Assembly (NCBI GenBank): GCA_003599755.1
Contig: QZJO01000001.1
Span: forward strand, 5,222-69,221
Direction of reading: 5' to 3'
Source of the DNA: Candidatus Parcubacteria bacterium
GTDB taxonomy: Bacteria; Patescibacteriota; Minisyncoccia; Sungbacterales; SURF-37
DNA length: 64,000 nucleotides
Shown: in pieces, positions 36,719-46,185 of the stretch
How positions within the stretch are numbered: position 1 is the first letter of the stretch
How the letters are laid out: each line of letters begins with the position of its first letter
Translations under genes and position numbers: made by a program
Notes under the pieces: generated by a model
Seen by the model: only the letters and a program-made list of their open reading frames with translations
What the model was told of the DNA's origin: nothing
Databases searched by the model: none

Positions 36719-37543
36719 ATGACTTCTCCGAGCCGGGTCGTATATCTCCGGTCCGAACTGCCCAGGCGGCGCAAGCGCATGCATGTTCCGTGGCGCGCCT
36801 TGGGCGTTATCGTGTTGATTGCGGTGGTACTCGGCGGCGCGACCGCACTTACCTATGCGCCGTGGTTGCGCCTTGGCGAAATTGCGGTTGCGGGCGTGGA
36901 TGAGGCGCATCGGGAGGCGGTGGCAGCCGCGGTGCGCGAGGAATTTTCGGGTTCGTGGATGTTTTTGCCGCGCGACAGCATCGTGGTGGTTTCGAAAGAC
37001 GAAATAGCCGCGGTTGTGGCCCGGGAATTTCCAAGCATGAAAAATATCCGCGTGGCCCGCGTATTCCCCAACGGCATCCGCATCGCAGCGGACGAACGAG
37101 AACTCTGGGGGATGTATTGCACGCGGACTGGTGCGGCCGGGGACCGCGGCCAATGCGCGTATTTGGATCGCGACGGCACGGCATTCGAAGAAGTCGCCGG
37201 CGTGAGCGGGTGGCTTCTGCCGGTGATTTATGGTTCGTCGCATCCGCGCGCCGGCGAGCGCCTCATAGCGAACGAAACCGTGCAGCTGTTTGAGGCGGCG
37301 GCCGTGGCGATCGGCAGAACCGGCGGCGGGTTGCTGACGCTCGAGCTTGCGACCGCGACGCCGGGCGATCTGGTGCTCGGGCTTGCCGATGGCTGGGAGC
37401 TGTGGGTCGCCGAAACCGCCGAGCCCGCGCACTGGATGGGGATACTTACCGTGCTTTTGGAAAATGAAATTAAGAATCGCGCCACATCGCTCGAGTACGT
37501 GGATCTTCGCTTCGGCAACAAAGTGTTTTACAAATATCGTTGA
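36719..37543 (+). CDS. FtsQ/DivIB-like cell-division protein (POTRA domain)
   Basis: Basic N-terminus, single TM 'ALGVIVLIAVVLGGA', periplasmic POTRA-like domain. The real start may be MHVPWRAL at about 36779. Confidence 0.5.
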   Translation: MTSPSRVVYLRSELPRRRKRMHVPWRALGVIVLIAVVLGGATALTYAPWLRLGEIAVAGVDEAHREAVAAAVREEFSGSWMFLPRDSIVVVSKDEIAAVVAREFPSMKNIRVARVFPNGIRIAADERELWGMYCTRTGAAGDRGQCAYLDRDGTAFEEVAGVSGWLLPVIYGSSHPRAGERLIANETVQLFEAAAVAIGRTGGGLLTLELATATPGDLVLGLADGWELWVAETAEPAHWMGILTVLLENEIKNRATSLEYVDLRFGNKVFYKYR

Positions 37544-37608
37544 TACGTTTCACCAACAAATAAGCTCCGATAGTCCTCGGAGCTTATTTGTTGGTGCCAT
37601 AATCGCGG

Positions 37609-39555
37609 CTACGGCATCTGGGGCGGCACGGGTGGGAGTTCATAGATGAAGATCGAGGTGCCGGCCCGGGCCACGGGGCGGAAGGGTTTGAGCCAGGGAT
37701 AGCGGTCTTCCGGCCGCTGGTGGAATCCCGGGGCAGGCACGCCGTATGCCTGCATAAGGAACGTGCCGGATATCGCGAACCAGCCGCCTTCGGGCGGCCG
37801 GCCGCGCGCCGACCACCAGGGCTCGAACGCGGGTCCGAGTTCGTGGCGCGGGCTGCCGCCGCCGAAGTAGTCGAGGCGCACGGTTTGGATATTGCGCTCG
37901 CGCACGAAATCGCCAAGACGTAACAAATCCTGACCCCAGTCGTAATTGGAATCCGTGGCGATTTTATAGCCGTCGGTCACGCCGCCGCCGAGTTCATTGT
38001 AGTACGACAGATAGTACGGGTACGCTGCGACAACGCTCGCCAGCTGCCAGATGACGAGCGCGCCGACGACCATGTAGCGCGGCAGGGACGTGACATAGAT
38101 CGCGATTGCACGGCGGATCCATTCGCCCCAGCTTTTCACGTCGGTCTGCTTCCACGAGCGGAGCCAAGCGACGATTTCTTTCGAAACGAGCATGAATATG
38201 AACGGGAACGTGGGTAACACGTGGCGCACGCCGATGTTCAGGGGCGAGGTGATGCTCGAAGTCCAGTAGATGCCGATGAACACGAGTGCCGAGAATTGGA
38301 TGAAGTGGTCGCGCGTCCAGGTAAGCAGGGCTTCGAGATTCCATCGCGGGGATCGGTACACCCGCCGCACCGCGAAGATGAGCGCCAAAAGTGTCAGGAT
38401 ATGGAGCGCAAGCGGCTCTTTGAGCAGATACAGGATCGGGAAATACGTGCGCGTGCCGGCGGCCGATACCTCGCCGAGGAAGTATTGCGTATTGCCGCCC
38501 GCTGCCCGCTGCAGCACCATGAACAGGCCCGTGAGGTATTGCGCGAGCGGCCGGGTGAACGGCGTTTCGATGAGCGCGGTGTTGAAATTCACCCACGAGC
38601 GGAAACGGAATGAATTGAGGTTGATGACCGCGTCGCGCATCTGGGAAAGCGGTATCGCGCGGATCGCGGCATCGCGTTCGGCCCCGCCCGGCATGTTGGC
38701 CACCGCGCGGATCTCTTCGGCCGAGTATGCCGTGCCGTCGGGCCTCAGCGAGAGCGCGGGATAATCCCACACGTGCCATATATAGACCACCCAAATCAGA
38801 ATGATGCTGACGCCAATAGCGGCGCCCGCCTTCAGCGAGTTTTTGACGAATAGCGCGAACCGGTCGGGCCACGAGAGCTGTACTTTCGCCAGAGCCCACG
38901 CGACGAGCAATATGCCCCAGACGGGGATAAGGAGGATGAGAGAGAATTTCAGAAGCTGCGCGGTGCCGAACGCAAGGCCGGCGATCAAGATATTTTTGGG
39001 CGATGGTTCCTGGAGGAATTTGAGAAACGCGGCAATGCCGATGAAAAACGCGATCGCCGCGCCCAAATCCGTGGTGACGAAGCGCGAGTGCGTGATGAAC
39101 GTGGGCGACGCGGCGTAGAGAAATACCGTCAGGAGCGCGACGCGCTCGCCGAAATGGCTTTTGGTGAAGCGCCACAGCATCCAGCCGAACACGCCGGCCA
39201 AAAGAATGAGCGGCAGGCGCATGAGCCAAAGAATTCGAGCAGGATCGTTACCCGCTTCATAGAGGAAGATCGCGCCTTGCGTCCATTGGCCGTTGATGTC
39301 TTCGCGCCAGGACTGCGTGTCGGTAGGGAAGCGGACGTCGGCGAATACGAGCGGCAGCGCGGCCAGGTCCTTGATGAGCGGCGGATGCTCCGGATTCAGG
39401 CGATAGTCCTTTTCGAATACGTAGGCGTAGCCCGCCGGCACGTGCGCGAGCTCATCCATGATGGCAGCGTCGTTCCGTACCGACGCGGCCATGACGATGA
39501 CCATCGCGGCAAGGATCAGAATCGGCGTGGCCTGGCTGCGGAGCGCTGCGATCAT
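37609..39555 (-). CDS. GT-C fold glycosyltransferase, family 39-like (ArnT/PMT-type, lipid-linked sugar donor)
   Basis: About 13 TM helices, N-terminal loop 'MDELAHVPAGYAY' (DE motif), large C-terminal periplasmic domain. Confidence 0.7.
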   Translation of the reverse strand: MIAALRSQATPILILAAMVIVMAASVRNDAAIMDELAHVPAGYAYVFEKDYRLNPEHPPLIKDLAALPLVFADVRFPTDTQSWREDINGQWTQGAIFLYEAGNDPARILWLMRLPLILLAGVFGWMLWRFTKSHFGERVALLTVFLYAASPTFITHSRFVTTDLGAAIAFFIGIAAFLKFLQEPSPKNILIAGLAFGTAQLLKFSLILLIPVWGILLVAWALAKVQLSWPDRFALFVKNSLKAGAAIGVSIILIWVVYIWHVWDYPALSLRPDGTAYSAEEIRAVANMPGGAERDAAIRAIPLSQMRDAVINLNSFRFRSWVNFNTALIETPFTRPLAQYLTGLFMVLQRAAGGNTQYFLGEVSAAGTRTYFPILYLLKEPLALHILTLLALIFAVRRVYRSPRWNLEALLTWTRDHFIQFSALVFIGIYWTSSITSPLNIGVRHVLPTFPFIFMLVSKEIVAWLRSWKQTDVKSWGEWIRRAIAIYVTSLPRYMVVGALVIWQLASVVAAYPYYLSYYNELGGGVTDGYKIATDSNYDWGQDLLRLGDFVRERNIQTVRLDYFGGGSPRHELGPAFEPWWSARGRPPEGGWFAISGTFLMQAYGVPAPGFHQRPEDRYPWLKPFRPVARAGTSIFIYELPPVPPQMP

Positions 39556-39596
39556 GATGTCAGTATACCAAACTATCCCCGTATCAGGCGCCGCAG

Positions 39597-41282
39597 TTAT
39601 TCATACCATTCGGCAGCCAACGACGGGGGGATAAAAATGCTGAAATCCGCGGGCGCCTTGCCGACCAGGTGCCCGAACCGTTCGCGGATGCGGCCGGCGA
39701 TACCCGGTTCCAATCCGTTGAGAGGCAAGATCAGCATGTTGTCCGGGTTCTGGGGTCGGATATCTTCGAGGCGCGTCACGTAATGGATGTTCCGCTCCGC
39801 GCGCGGCCCTTCTTCAAAGGAATTGGTCGCGAACATGACGGTCTGGGCCGGCGCGGGAATGCCGCGGATCGGATCGCCCGAGAGATTGACGAGCACGAAT
39901 TTTTCGATATCCGGCGGCAATTTGTCGAGGAATTTTCCGGCGTTCCAAAGATCCGCGGCAAACGCGCCTTGCGTCGGCACGGCGTTCGGGAAGCGGATGA
40001 AGTAGGTGCGGTATGCCACGAGCGGTACCCAGAGCACGACAATGAGCGCGAGCAGGGCAAGCTCCACGTTGAGGCGCCGCAGTCGGGCGCGGAAGCGCGA
40101 TGAAATGCCGGTGCGGCGGGCGAGCGCATCGAGCTTCGTACCCCCGGCGACCAAGAGTCCGATAAACCCCCAGGCGGCCAGAAGCATCGTCGGCACGATC
40201 ATGCCGATGGCGCGCAGCGCGTGGGGCAGGCCTTCGCGCGTTAGCGTGGCGGGCAGCATCATGACCAGAAACCACCAGATGAGCAATGCGGCGGGCAACT
40301 TTTGGATGCCGGGTTTTTTCCAAAGCGAGCGTACCGCAAAATACGCGCCAAAGAGGAAGAATGCTCCCACGATCGGATCCAGCTCCGGTCGGCAGGCGAA
40401 ATTATGCCGCGGGTTGCAGTCGCCCCAGATGTGGAGCATGCCGAGCGTAAGGATGTTGGATTTTACAAACTCCTGCAGCGGGCGTTCGGCCGAAAAGATG
40501 GATACCTGATGGCCGCGGCCGGTAAAGTCGGCCGGGTGTCCGGCGAAGTATAGGATGAGCGGCGCGACCGCAATGAGTGCGGCGAATGCGACGAGTGCGA
40601 GCACGCAGGGCACGCAGGGCTGGGCTTTGCGCCCGCGCCACCAGAGCCAGAGCGCCCAGATCGCGGGTACGGCCGCGATAAACGGCATGAAGCGAAAAGC
40701 GATATACGTATGGAGTCCGAGGCCGAGCACGAAGCCGGCGAGTGCTGCGGCGATGATGCTGCCGGTTCGCAGCGACCGCAACAAAAGCGCCATGCCGAGC
40801 GCGGACAACAGCGGCACCAGTATCGCGCGAAAGCCGATGCGGGAGAAATTGATATGCCAGAAACTCGTCGCGACGAAGAACGCGGCGGCAAGGCCGATCC
40901 AGTCATGCTCCGGAATGCCGAACCACCGGCGTTCGGGAACGCCCACGGCCGGGCGGAAGAGCTCTCGCCCGAGGAAAAAGACCGCCGCAACGGTGAGGAT
41001 GCCGACCAGAGCCGATACGAGGCGCAGCGCCCAAGGATCGGGCCCGAAGACCGCGATCGACAGCGCCTGGACATTGATGAAGAATGCCTCGCGGCCGTTG
41101 TTCTCCGGATAAAAAACGCCGAAGTCGCCGGTGTGGAGCGCTTCGACTGCGTTGTTGCCATTTGCCGCCTCGTCCGGATACAGGCCCGGCGGGATAGTGG
41201 GAAGCTGCCAAAGCCGGAAAAACGCCGCGAGCGCCAGGACGGCAATCAGCAGGACGACAGTTTTCCGGGAAAGCGGCGTCAT
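39597..41282 (-). CDS. Second GT-C fold glycosyltransferase, family 39-like
   Basis: 'LPTIPPGLYPDEAANGNNAVEA' DE motif after TM1, polytopic. The start is set at MTPLSRK; the track ORF extends spuriously to 41513. Confidence 0.7.
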   Translation of the reverse strand: MTPLSRKTVVLLIAVLALAAFFRLWQLPTIPPGLYPDEAANGNNAVEALHTGDFGVFYPENNGREAFFINVQALSIAVFGPDPWALRLVSALVGILTVAAVFFLGRELFRPAVGVPERRWFGIPEHDWIGLAAAFFVATSFWHINFSRIGFRAILVPLLSALGMALLLRSLRTGSIIAAALAGFVLGLGLHTYIAFRFMPFIAAVPAIWALWLWWRGRKAQPCVPCVLALVAFAALIAVAPLILYFAGHPADFTGRGHQVSIFSAERPLQEFVKSNILTLGMLHIWGDCNPRHNFACRPELDPIVGAFFLFGAYFAVRSLWKKPGIQKLPAALLIWWFLVMMLPATLTREGLPHALRAIGMIVPTMLLAAWGFIGLLVAGGTKLDALARRTGISSRFRARLRRLNVELALLALIVVLWVPLVAYRTYFIRFPNAVPTQGAFAADLWNAGKFLDKLPPDIEKFVLVNLSGDPIRGIPAPAQTVMFATNSFEEGPRAERNIHYVTRLEDIRPQNPDNMLILPLNGLEPGIAGRIRERFGHLVGKAPADFSIFIPPSLAAEWYE

Positions 41283-41345
41283 TCTTTTTAGTATACTCGA
41301 AGCGTTGAGAATGCGGAGGGAAAGATACTGACAGGTCGGTCTGAG

Positions 41346-41374
41346 TTGACTTGTCGATGTAAATCGGTTACAAT
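41346..41374 (+). promoter_or_regulatory. Canonical sigma70-type promoter (TTGACT-17-TACAAT) for the lytic transglycosylase gene
   Basis: TTGACTtgtcgatgtaaatcggtTACAAT. Downstream SD AAGGAGG 7 nt before the GTG. Confidence 0.45.
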
Positions 41375-41421
41375 ATACGCGGCTTTCAGATCCTTCAGAC
41401 AGGGGCAAGGAGGTTTCTATC

Positions 41422-42153
41422 GTGCGTTGGGTCTTCGCAGCGACGCTCGCGACGGCAGTACTGTCTATTCCGGCTCTGCCGGTAGCTGCGCAGTGCTCGT
41501 ATCTCGAGGGCAATGAAGTGGTCTACACCAACGGGCGGTGCCCGCGCCGCGCGGCGCGGCCCGTGAAGCCCGTCGCCCATCCGGCCAAGCCGATGAGGGT
41601 GACGATCAGCGAGCCCGCGCGCCGGGGCGAGGTTCCCGACATACCATTGGACCTTCTGGTCAATGAGGCCGGCCGGCAGCACGGCGTGTCACCCACGCTC
41701 ATCCGCGCGGTCATCGACGTGGAATCCGGCGGCAATCCCCGTGCGGTATCGTCGAAGGGCGCACAGGGTCTCATGCAGCTGATGCCGGGCACGGCCAACA
41801 TCCTCGGCGTGCGAAACCCCTTTGACCCGTGGCAGAACGTGGATGGCGGAGCTCGTCATCTCCGGGATCTGCTGGAACGGTTCGGCGGCAACGTGGCGCT
41901 CGCACTCGCGGGCTACAACGCCGGCGCCGGCGCGGTCGCAAAGTATGGCGGCATCCCGCCGTACGATGAGACCAAGGCCTACGTGCGAACCGTCATGTCA
42001 CTCTGGCGGGGAGAAGAGAAACCCCGTATCTGGCAGGTAAGGAACCCGCCGCAGTCGGCGCGCGTCGCGTCAATGCGACCCATCTACCGATGGCGAGAGG
42101 GGGCCGTCGTCGTGTACAGTAACGTCCCGCGCCAGAACAACGCAGCGGACTGA
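41422..42153 (+). CDS. Secreted soluble lytic transglycosylase (SLT domain)
   Basis: Signal peptide 'MRWVFAATLATAVLSIPALPVAAQ', 'LIRAVIDVESGGNPRAVSSKGAQGLMQLMPGTA' SLT catalytic motif. GTG start with SD. Confidence 0.75.
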   Translation: MRWVFAATLATAVLSIPALPVAAQCSYLEGNEVVYTNGRCPRRAARPVKPVAHPAKPMRVTISEPARRGEVPDIPLDLLVNEAGRQHGVSPTLIRAVIDVESGGNPRAVSSKGAQGLMQLMPGTANILGVRNPFDPWQNVDGGARHLRDLLERFGGNVALALAGYNAGAGAVAKYGGIPPYDETKAYVRTVMSLWRGEEKPRIWQVRNPPQSARVASMRPIYRWREGAVVVYSNVPRQNNAAD

Positions 42154-42240
42154 AGAAGTAGGCATTACCGCCGGGCGCGAGTCGCGCCCGGCGTGCTTCT
42201 TTAAAACAAACGACGGTCTTGATCGAATTCCGCGTATCTA

Positions 42241-42269
42241 TTGACTTTTTGTTACTTTTGGTGTAATAT
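42241..42269 (+). promoter_or_regulatory. Strong sigma70 promoter with extended -10 (TTGACT-17-TGnTAATAT) and about 130-nt structured leader
   Basis: TTGACTttttgttacttttggTGTAATAT. The leader contains a GCGCGC-TTTT-GCGCG hairpin and the SD GAGGAGG. Confidence 0.5.
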
Positions 42270-42405
42270 GAATATATCCTGAAACGCTGGTAAAAGGCCG
42301 ATTTCCAGAGGCCTTTGAAAACCGCATAGATAGGTAAACAGGAGGTATCGAAACCCCCAACGCAGCACCAACCTGCGCGCTTTTGCGCGTACGAGGAGGA
42401 TGAAA

Positions 42406-43416
42406 ATGGCCGATCGAGGCATCGGATTCTTAAAGGAACCGGAGCTTACCCGGAAGTGGAAGGTGCGCATTAATGCCGCTCCGCCCCGGTGGGGCGACCA
42501 TGGCCCCGAGTCCATGGTGTCCGTCGTTCTCATGAACGAGGCCGGCGAAGGCGTGGAGGGGGAGCTCATCCTTCGGATCAACGGCGATGAGTCGGAGATC
42601 AAGACGAAGGACAACGGCACGACGAAGAAACTGGCGACCGGTCTGCGCATCGGCACGAACGCGTTTGCGGCCCATCTCAAGGGCCGGCCGTCCGTGCACG
42701 ATACGGTAGAGCTGGATGTCGAGCCGGAAGTCGGTCTTGCGGTTGCAGGTCCGACTTCAACCGAAACCGATGTGGAAGCTACGGCGACCGCAACGGTGTC
42801 GCTGGCCAGCAGGCCGATCAAGAACGGCGAGGTTCAGTTTTACCTGGACGGCGCCAAGAGCGGTGCCCCGCAGCCGATCGATACCGACGGCAGCGCGAGC
42901 TACACGTTCACCGGTCTGAAGAAGGGAACGCACGGCATCTGGGCGGTGCTGAACGGCACGACGCTGCGTTCCAAGACCGTGAACGTTGAGGTTAAGGAGC
43001 AGAAAGCGAAGAAGCTCGCCGAGCCGTTTCCGCAGGCGGAAGGGGATGATGGTGTCTATATCATCTCATTCGTCCTGACTCACGAAGATGGTACGGCGGC
43101 GGTCAACGAGCCGGTTCGGTTGCTGCTTAATCGCTACGGCCGCAAAGCCGACGAGGGCAGCGACATCGTCGATAGGAATACCGACGATCACGGCCGCTTC
43201 CGGTATCTGCTGACGTTCACCGAGCGAGAGTGCGATGTCATGGTGCAGGTACGCGGCTGGCAGAAGGACAGCATCAAAAATCTGCACGGCCCTATGGGGC
43301 GCAGGCCCGTGGAGCTGGTCGAGCCGCGCGAAGAGGACGTGAATCGAGGAATCATTCACGCTGCGCTCGCTGCGTTGCGTCGACAGCGTGAAAAGAACCG
43401 CGAAATGAGGTCCTAA
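42406..43416 (+). CDS. Hypothetical protein with bacterial Ig-like (Big) beta-sandwich domains, no signal peptide
   Basis: 'VQFYLDGAKSGAPQPIDTDGSASYTFTGLKKGTHGIWAVLNGTTLRSKTVNVEV' is a typical Big-domain pattern. Strong SD. The track start 42400 is too close to the SD, so 42406 is preferred. Confidence 0.5.
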   Translation: MADRGIGFLKEPELTRKWKVRINAAPPRWGDHGPESMVSVVLMNEAGEGVEGELILRINGDESEIKTKDNGTTKKLATGLRIGTNAFAAHLKGRPSVHDTVELDVEPEVGLAVAGPTSTETDVEATATATVSLASRPIKNGEVQFYLDGAKSGAPQPIDTDGSASYTFTGLKKGTHGIWAVLNGTTLRSKTVNVEVKEQKAKKLAEPFPQAEGDDGVYIISFVLTHEDGTAAVNEPVRLLLNRYGRKADEGSDIVDRNTDDHGRFRYLLTFTERECDVMVQVRGWQKDSIKNLHGPMGRRPVELVEPREEDVNRGIIHAALAALRRQREKNREMRS

Positions 43417-43436
43417 TACTTCAGCGAGGAGGAGAT

Positions 43437-44207
43437 ATGTTCGAGCGGGGGGATCTGCTTGTTCTTGCCGGGATTGCAGCGCTTGGCTGCGTCCTTGGCG
43501 TCATCTGGTCGTTGGTCCGACGGGGGCATCTCGCCGGACTGATGCGCTCGGTACGTAACCGAACCGGGCGGATCGTGGCACGAGTGTCGCAATCAGTTCG
43601 CTGGCTGGCTGCGCGCGCGCGAGGCGCTGTACAAATCCTGTGGTTTCGCGCGAGGCCGTGGACGATACGGCATGCGCGTCGCCGAAGAGATCGCATGGCG
43701 CTTCGCGCGTTCTATCTCGTTCGCTGGCTCTGCGCCACGAACAACAACCGCCTCAAGGCCATGTGGATCGTTACGGTCGTGTGGTTCCTCTGGAACTGCC
43801 TGATCATCGGCGTCGGGCCGTCCGCGTCTGAAGCGCCGACGCAAAGCTTCCACTACCCGCACTATCGGACGCCCTCTCCGGCACCAACCCACGTCCTACA
43901 GTCCCTGTGGGACATCTACGGCTTCTGGTCATGGGCGCTCTGGTTTCCATGGCTTCTCGCGACCCTCGTCTACACGCCCATCGCGTTCCGCGATGAGGTG
44001 CAGAACGCATTTCGTCGCGCGACGCAGAAGTTCCGCGAACGGCGCGGCGAGGCGCAGCAGGTGCGGGTGGTGCCTCAGCCAGGTGCTCGGCATCCTGTTC
44101 CCCAGCCGGCTGGCGGAGGCGGGTTAACGCTCGCGCAGTACCTGACCTTCGAGTTCATCACGGACTTCATCCAGGAGATAATCGCACACCGCGTTTTCAC
44201 GCGGTAG
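43437..44207 (+). CDS. Hypothetical 3-TM membrane protein with Arg-rich cytoplasmic loop
   Basis: TM helices at about aa 6-25, 109-130 and 160-185. SD GAGGAGG 4 nt upstream. Confidence 0.5.
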   Translation: MFERGDLLVLAGIAALGCVLGVIWSLVRRGHLAGLMRSVRNRTGRIVARVSQSVRWLAARARGAVQILWFRARPWTIRHARRRRDRMALRAFYLVRWLCATNNNRLKAMWIVTVVWFLWNCLIIGVGPSASEAPTQSFHYPHYRTPSPAPTHVLQSLWDIYGFWSWALWFPWLLATLVYTPIAFRDEVQNAFRRATQKFRERRGEAQQVRVVPQPGARHPVPQPAGGGGLTLAQYLTFEFITDFIQEIIAHRVFTR

Positions 44208-44220
44208 GAGGCAGCTGCGC

Positions 44221-45807
44221 ATGAATCTTCCGACGTTCACCTGGCGGCAGATCTGGGTCACCGGACTGCTGGCCATCATCGCGAGCTTCACGATGTGGAA
44301 GGGCGGCCTGACGACCGCCTTCTGGACGACACTCGGCATCTTCGGCCTGGCCGTTCTCATGGGTCTGGCGGGGATGGTGGGTGGCGTTGGTGGTCGGATA
44401 GCGGCCATCGCGCTCATGATCTGGGCGATCATGTCGGTGGTGTATCCCGCGGTCGGCGCCGCGTTCAGGGCGGAATGGCCGATGCTTTCCTGGGCTCTCC
44501 ACAACAGTAAGGCCATCAAGGACATGGAGCTGGCCGACTGGGTCAATCCAAGCGCGTCTCGCGCGCGGCTCGGTCTCGCTGATCACTGCAACAAGATGGA
44601 GGATCTGCGGGGGGAATACGTCGAGAACGTACTTCTCGAGCGGTATAACGAGACGCGACGGCGCGCCATTCCGGAGAAACCCGGCTACTGGGCGAGCTGG
44701 GCGATCTGGCTTGGTTGGCGGGAAGCGCCAAAGCCGGTCTTCCCCATGCCGCAGCGCTTCGCGGACATGAAGCTTGGCTTCAAGCTCGAGCGCGTGAAGA
44801 AGCCCGAGGTTCGAGACGGCAAGGGCAACCTCGTGTCGGCAGTAGTGACGGAACAGTACGAGGCCTCGATCGCGGATGTGGTCATGATCATCGAGAACGA
44901 GCGCGAGGAGTGCCGCGCGCTGTATGCGCGCGCCGGCAAGCCTGAGCTGCCCGACCGGGACAAGAACGGGAAGTCGTTGGAGTCGCTGACCAAGCACTTC
45001 TCCGATGACCCGCGCCAGTGGCTCCGCGATGTGTTCGTGGGGCCGTGGGCCGTCTGGTCGTTCGCGTTGCTCATCATTGCGGGGCTGCTCCTCGGCCTCG
45101 TGACCAGGCGCGTCTCGTTCAGCATCGCGTTCGGATACATCATCATCACGCTGATCATGGCGGCTGCCATCGACTGGGCTGCCAGTGAGGAGCGCGAGTG
45201 GTTCAAGGGCAAGGCCTACGGAGCAGTCACGACGCGGCACGAGCTTCCTCAGAAGCGCGGCGGCCGTCCGGATGTACCCGGTTCGTATTCGTACGAACGG
45301 TCGGTCCCGCCCACGCTCATCACCCGCGAGGATGATGCGCTCATCGTACGCATCGACGGTTCGCTGCGGCACGGGCACGTCGTTGCAAAGCTCGAGCCGG
45401 GCCAGACCGCGGTGGTCACGTACCTGGGCGGCATGATCGCATACAACTCGCACGGCGACCGGTTCCTGCCATGCGGCCGAGACCATCGCCGGCTCCAGCA
45501 GTGGGAGGTGTTTCCGTACTCTCCAGAACTGCGGCCGTTCGCGATCGGGGTATACCTCGATCCGCCCGGCCTGGGGTCGATGAGCGATCCCACGCAGTTG
45601 CCGTGCGGCAAGGAGCCGCTGAGGATCAAGAACGCCGGTACCGTGCCGGCCAAGCTCGTCTTCATCTATAACACCGCCATGCAGTATCGAGAGGTGCTGG
45701 ACGGCAAGGTGCGGACGGACGGCTACACGTACGCCGGCTGGGACTGCGCAGTGGACCCGGAGAAGAACTGCGCGCGGTTCAAGATCGTCGTGAAGGAGTC
45801 GTCGTAA
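44221..45807 (+). CDS. Hypothetical 5-TM membrane protein with two large extramembrane domains (C-terminal domain Cys-containing)
   Basis: 3 N-terminal TM, about 200-aa soluble domain, 2 TM, then about 220-aa C-terminal domain with 5 Cys. SD TAGGAGG 9 nt upstream. Confidence 0.5.
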   Translation: MNLPTFTWRQIWVTGLLAIIASFTMWKGGLTTAFWTTLGIFGLAVLMGLAGMVGGVGGRIAAIALMIWAIMSVVYPAVGAAFRAEWPMLSWALHNSKAIKDMELADWVNPSASRARLGLADHCNKMEDLRGEYVENVLLERYNETRRRAIPEKPGYWASWAIWLGWREAPKPVFPMPQRFADMKLGFKLERVKKPEVRDGKGNLVSAVVTEQYEASIADVVMIIENEREECRALYARAGKPELPDRDKNGKSLESLTKHFSDDPRQWLRDVFVGPWAVWSFALLIIAGLLLGLVTRRVSFSIAFGYIIITLIMAAAIDWAASEEREWFKGKAYGAVTTRHELPQKRGGRPDVPGSYSYERSVPPTLITREDDALIVRIDGSLRHGHVVAKLEPGQTAVVTYLGGMIAYNSHGDRFLPCGRDHRRLQQWEVFPYSPELRPFAIGVYLDPPGLGSMSDPTQLPCGKEPLRIKNAGTVPAKLVFIYNTAMQYREVLDGKVRTDGYTYAGWDCAVDPEKNCARFKIVVKESS

Positions 45808-45924
45808 CAGTTCTTTCCGGCTGGAATAAGCTCCTCGCGCGTGGGGTTCACGCGCAGTTGCTGGTTCGGTGCAGATCTTTTCTGTTCTTTCGTTCGGCGC
45901 ATGCGCGCCAAGAGAGGAGGTATA

Positions 45925-45985
45925 GCCCCGGATTCAGCAACCCTGAAGTATAGGGTTCCTGAATTCCGGGGCTTTGTGATTTAAA
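45925..45985 (+). terminator. Nested hairpin terminator candidate downstream of the 44221-45807 gene
   Basis: AGCCCCGGATTCAG...CTGAATTCCGGGGCT followed by TTGTGATTT. Confidence 0.4.
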
Positions 45986-46037
45986 GCAGGATGCTGCGTA
46001 CCCATTTCTATTCGATCTGGAGTTCAATCCGGAGATT

Positions 46038-46073
46038 CTACATTCCAACATTCTTGAGAATGTTGGAATGTTA
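46038..46073. promoter_or_regulatory. Perfect 14-2-14 AT-rich palindrome P1 (CATTCCAACATTCT-TG-AGAATGTTGGAATG) upstream of the gtrA-like gene; putative operator
   Basis: Read directly. Shares the core CATTCT-TG-AGAATG with P4 at 55308. Confidence 0.45.
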
Positions 46074-46185
46074 GCGGTGGCGTGTTGGGGCGCAGGGGAT
46101 AGCGCGGCATGCGCCGCGCGCCGCGGCCGTGGTATCCTAAAAGCAGGATAAGCCGCCGCTAACGTCCGTAATCGGCCGAGATTCT

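Noticed and set aside
42400-42405. Upstream ATG (42400) as the start of the Ig-like protein
   Set aside because: It lies 0-1 nt after the GAGGAGG Shine-Dalgarno. The ATG at 42406 has proper spacing.
45914-45921. AGGAGGT motif at 45914 as a ribosome-binding site for an unannotated gene
   Set aside because: No start codon or ORF follows. It is part of the nested terminator hairpin region.
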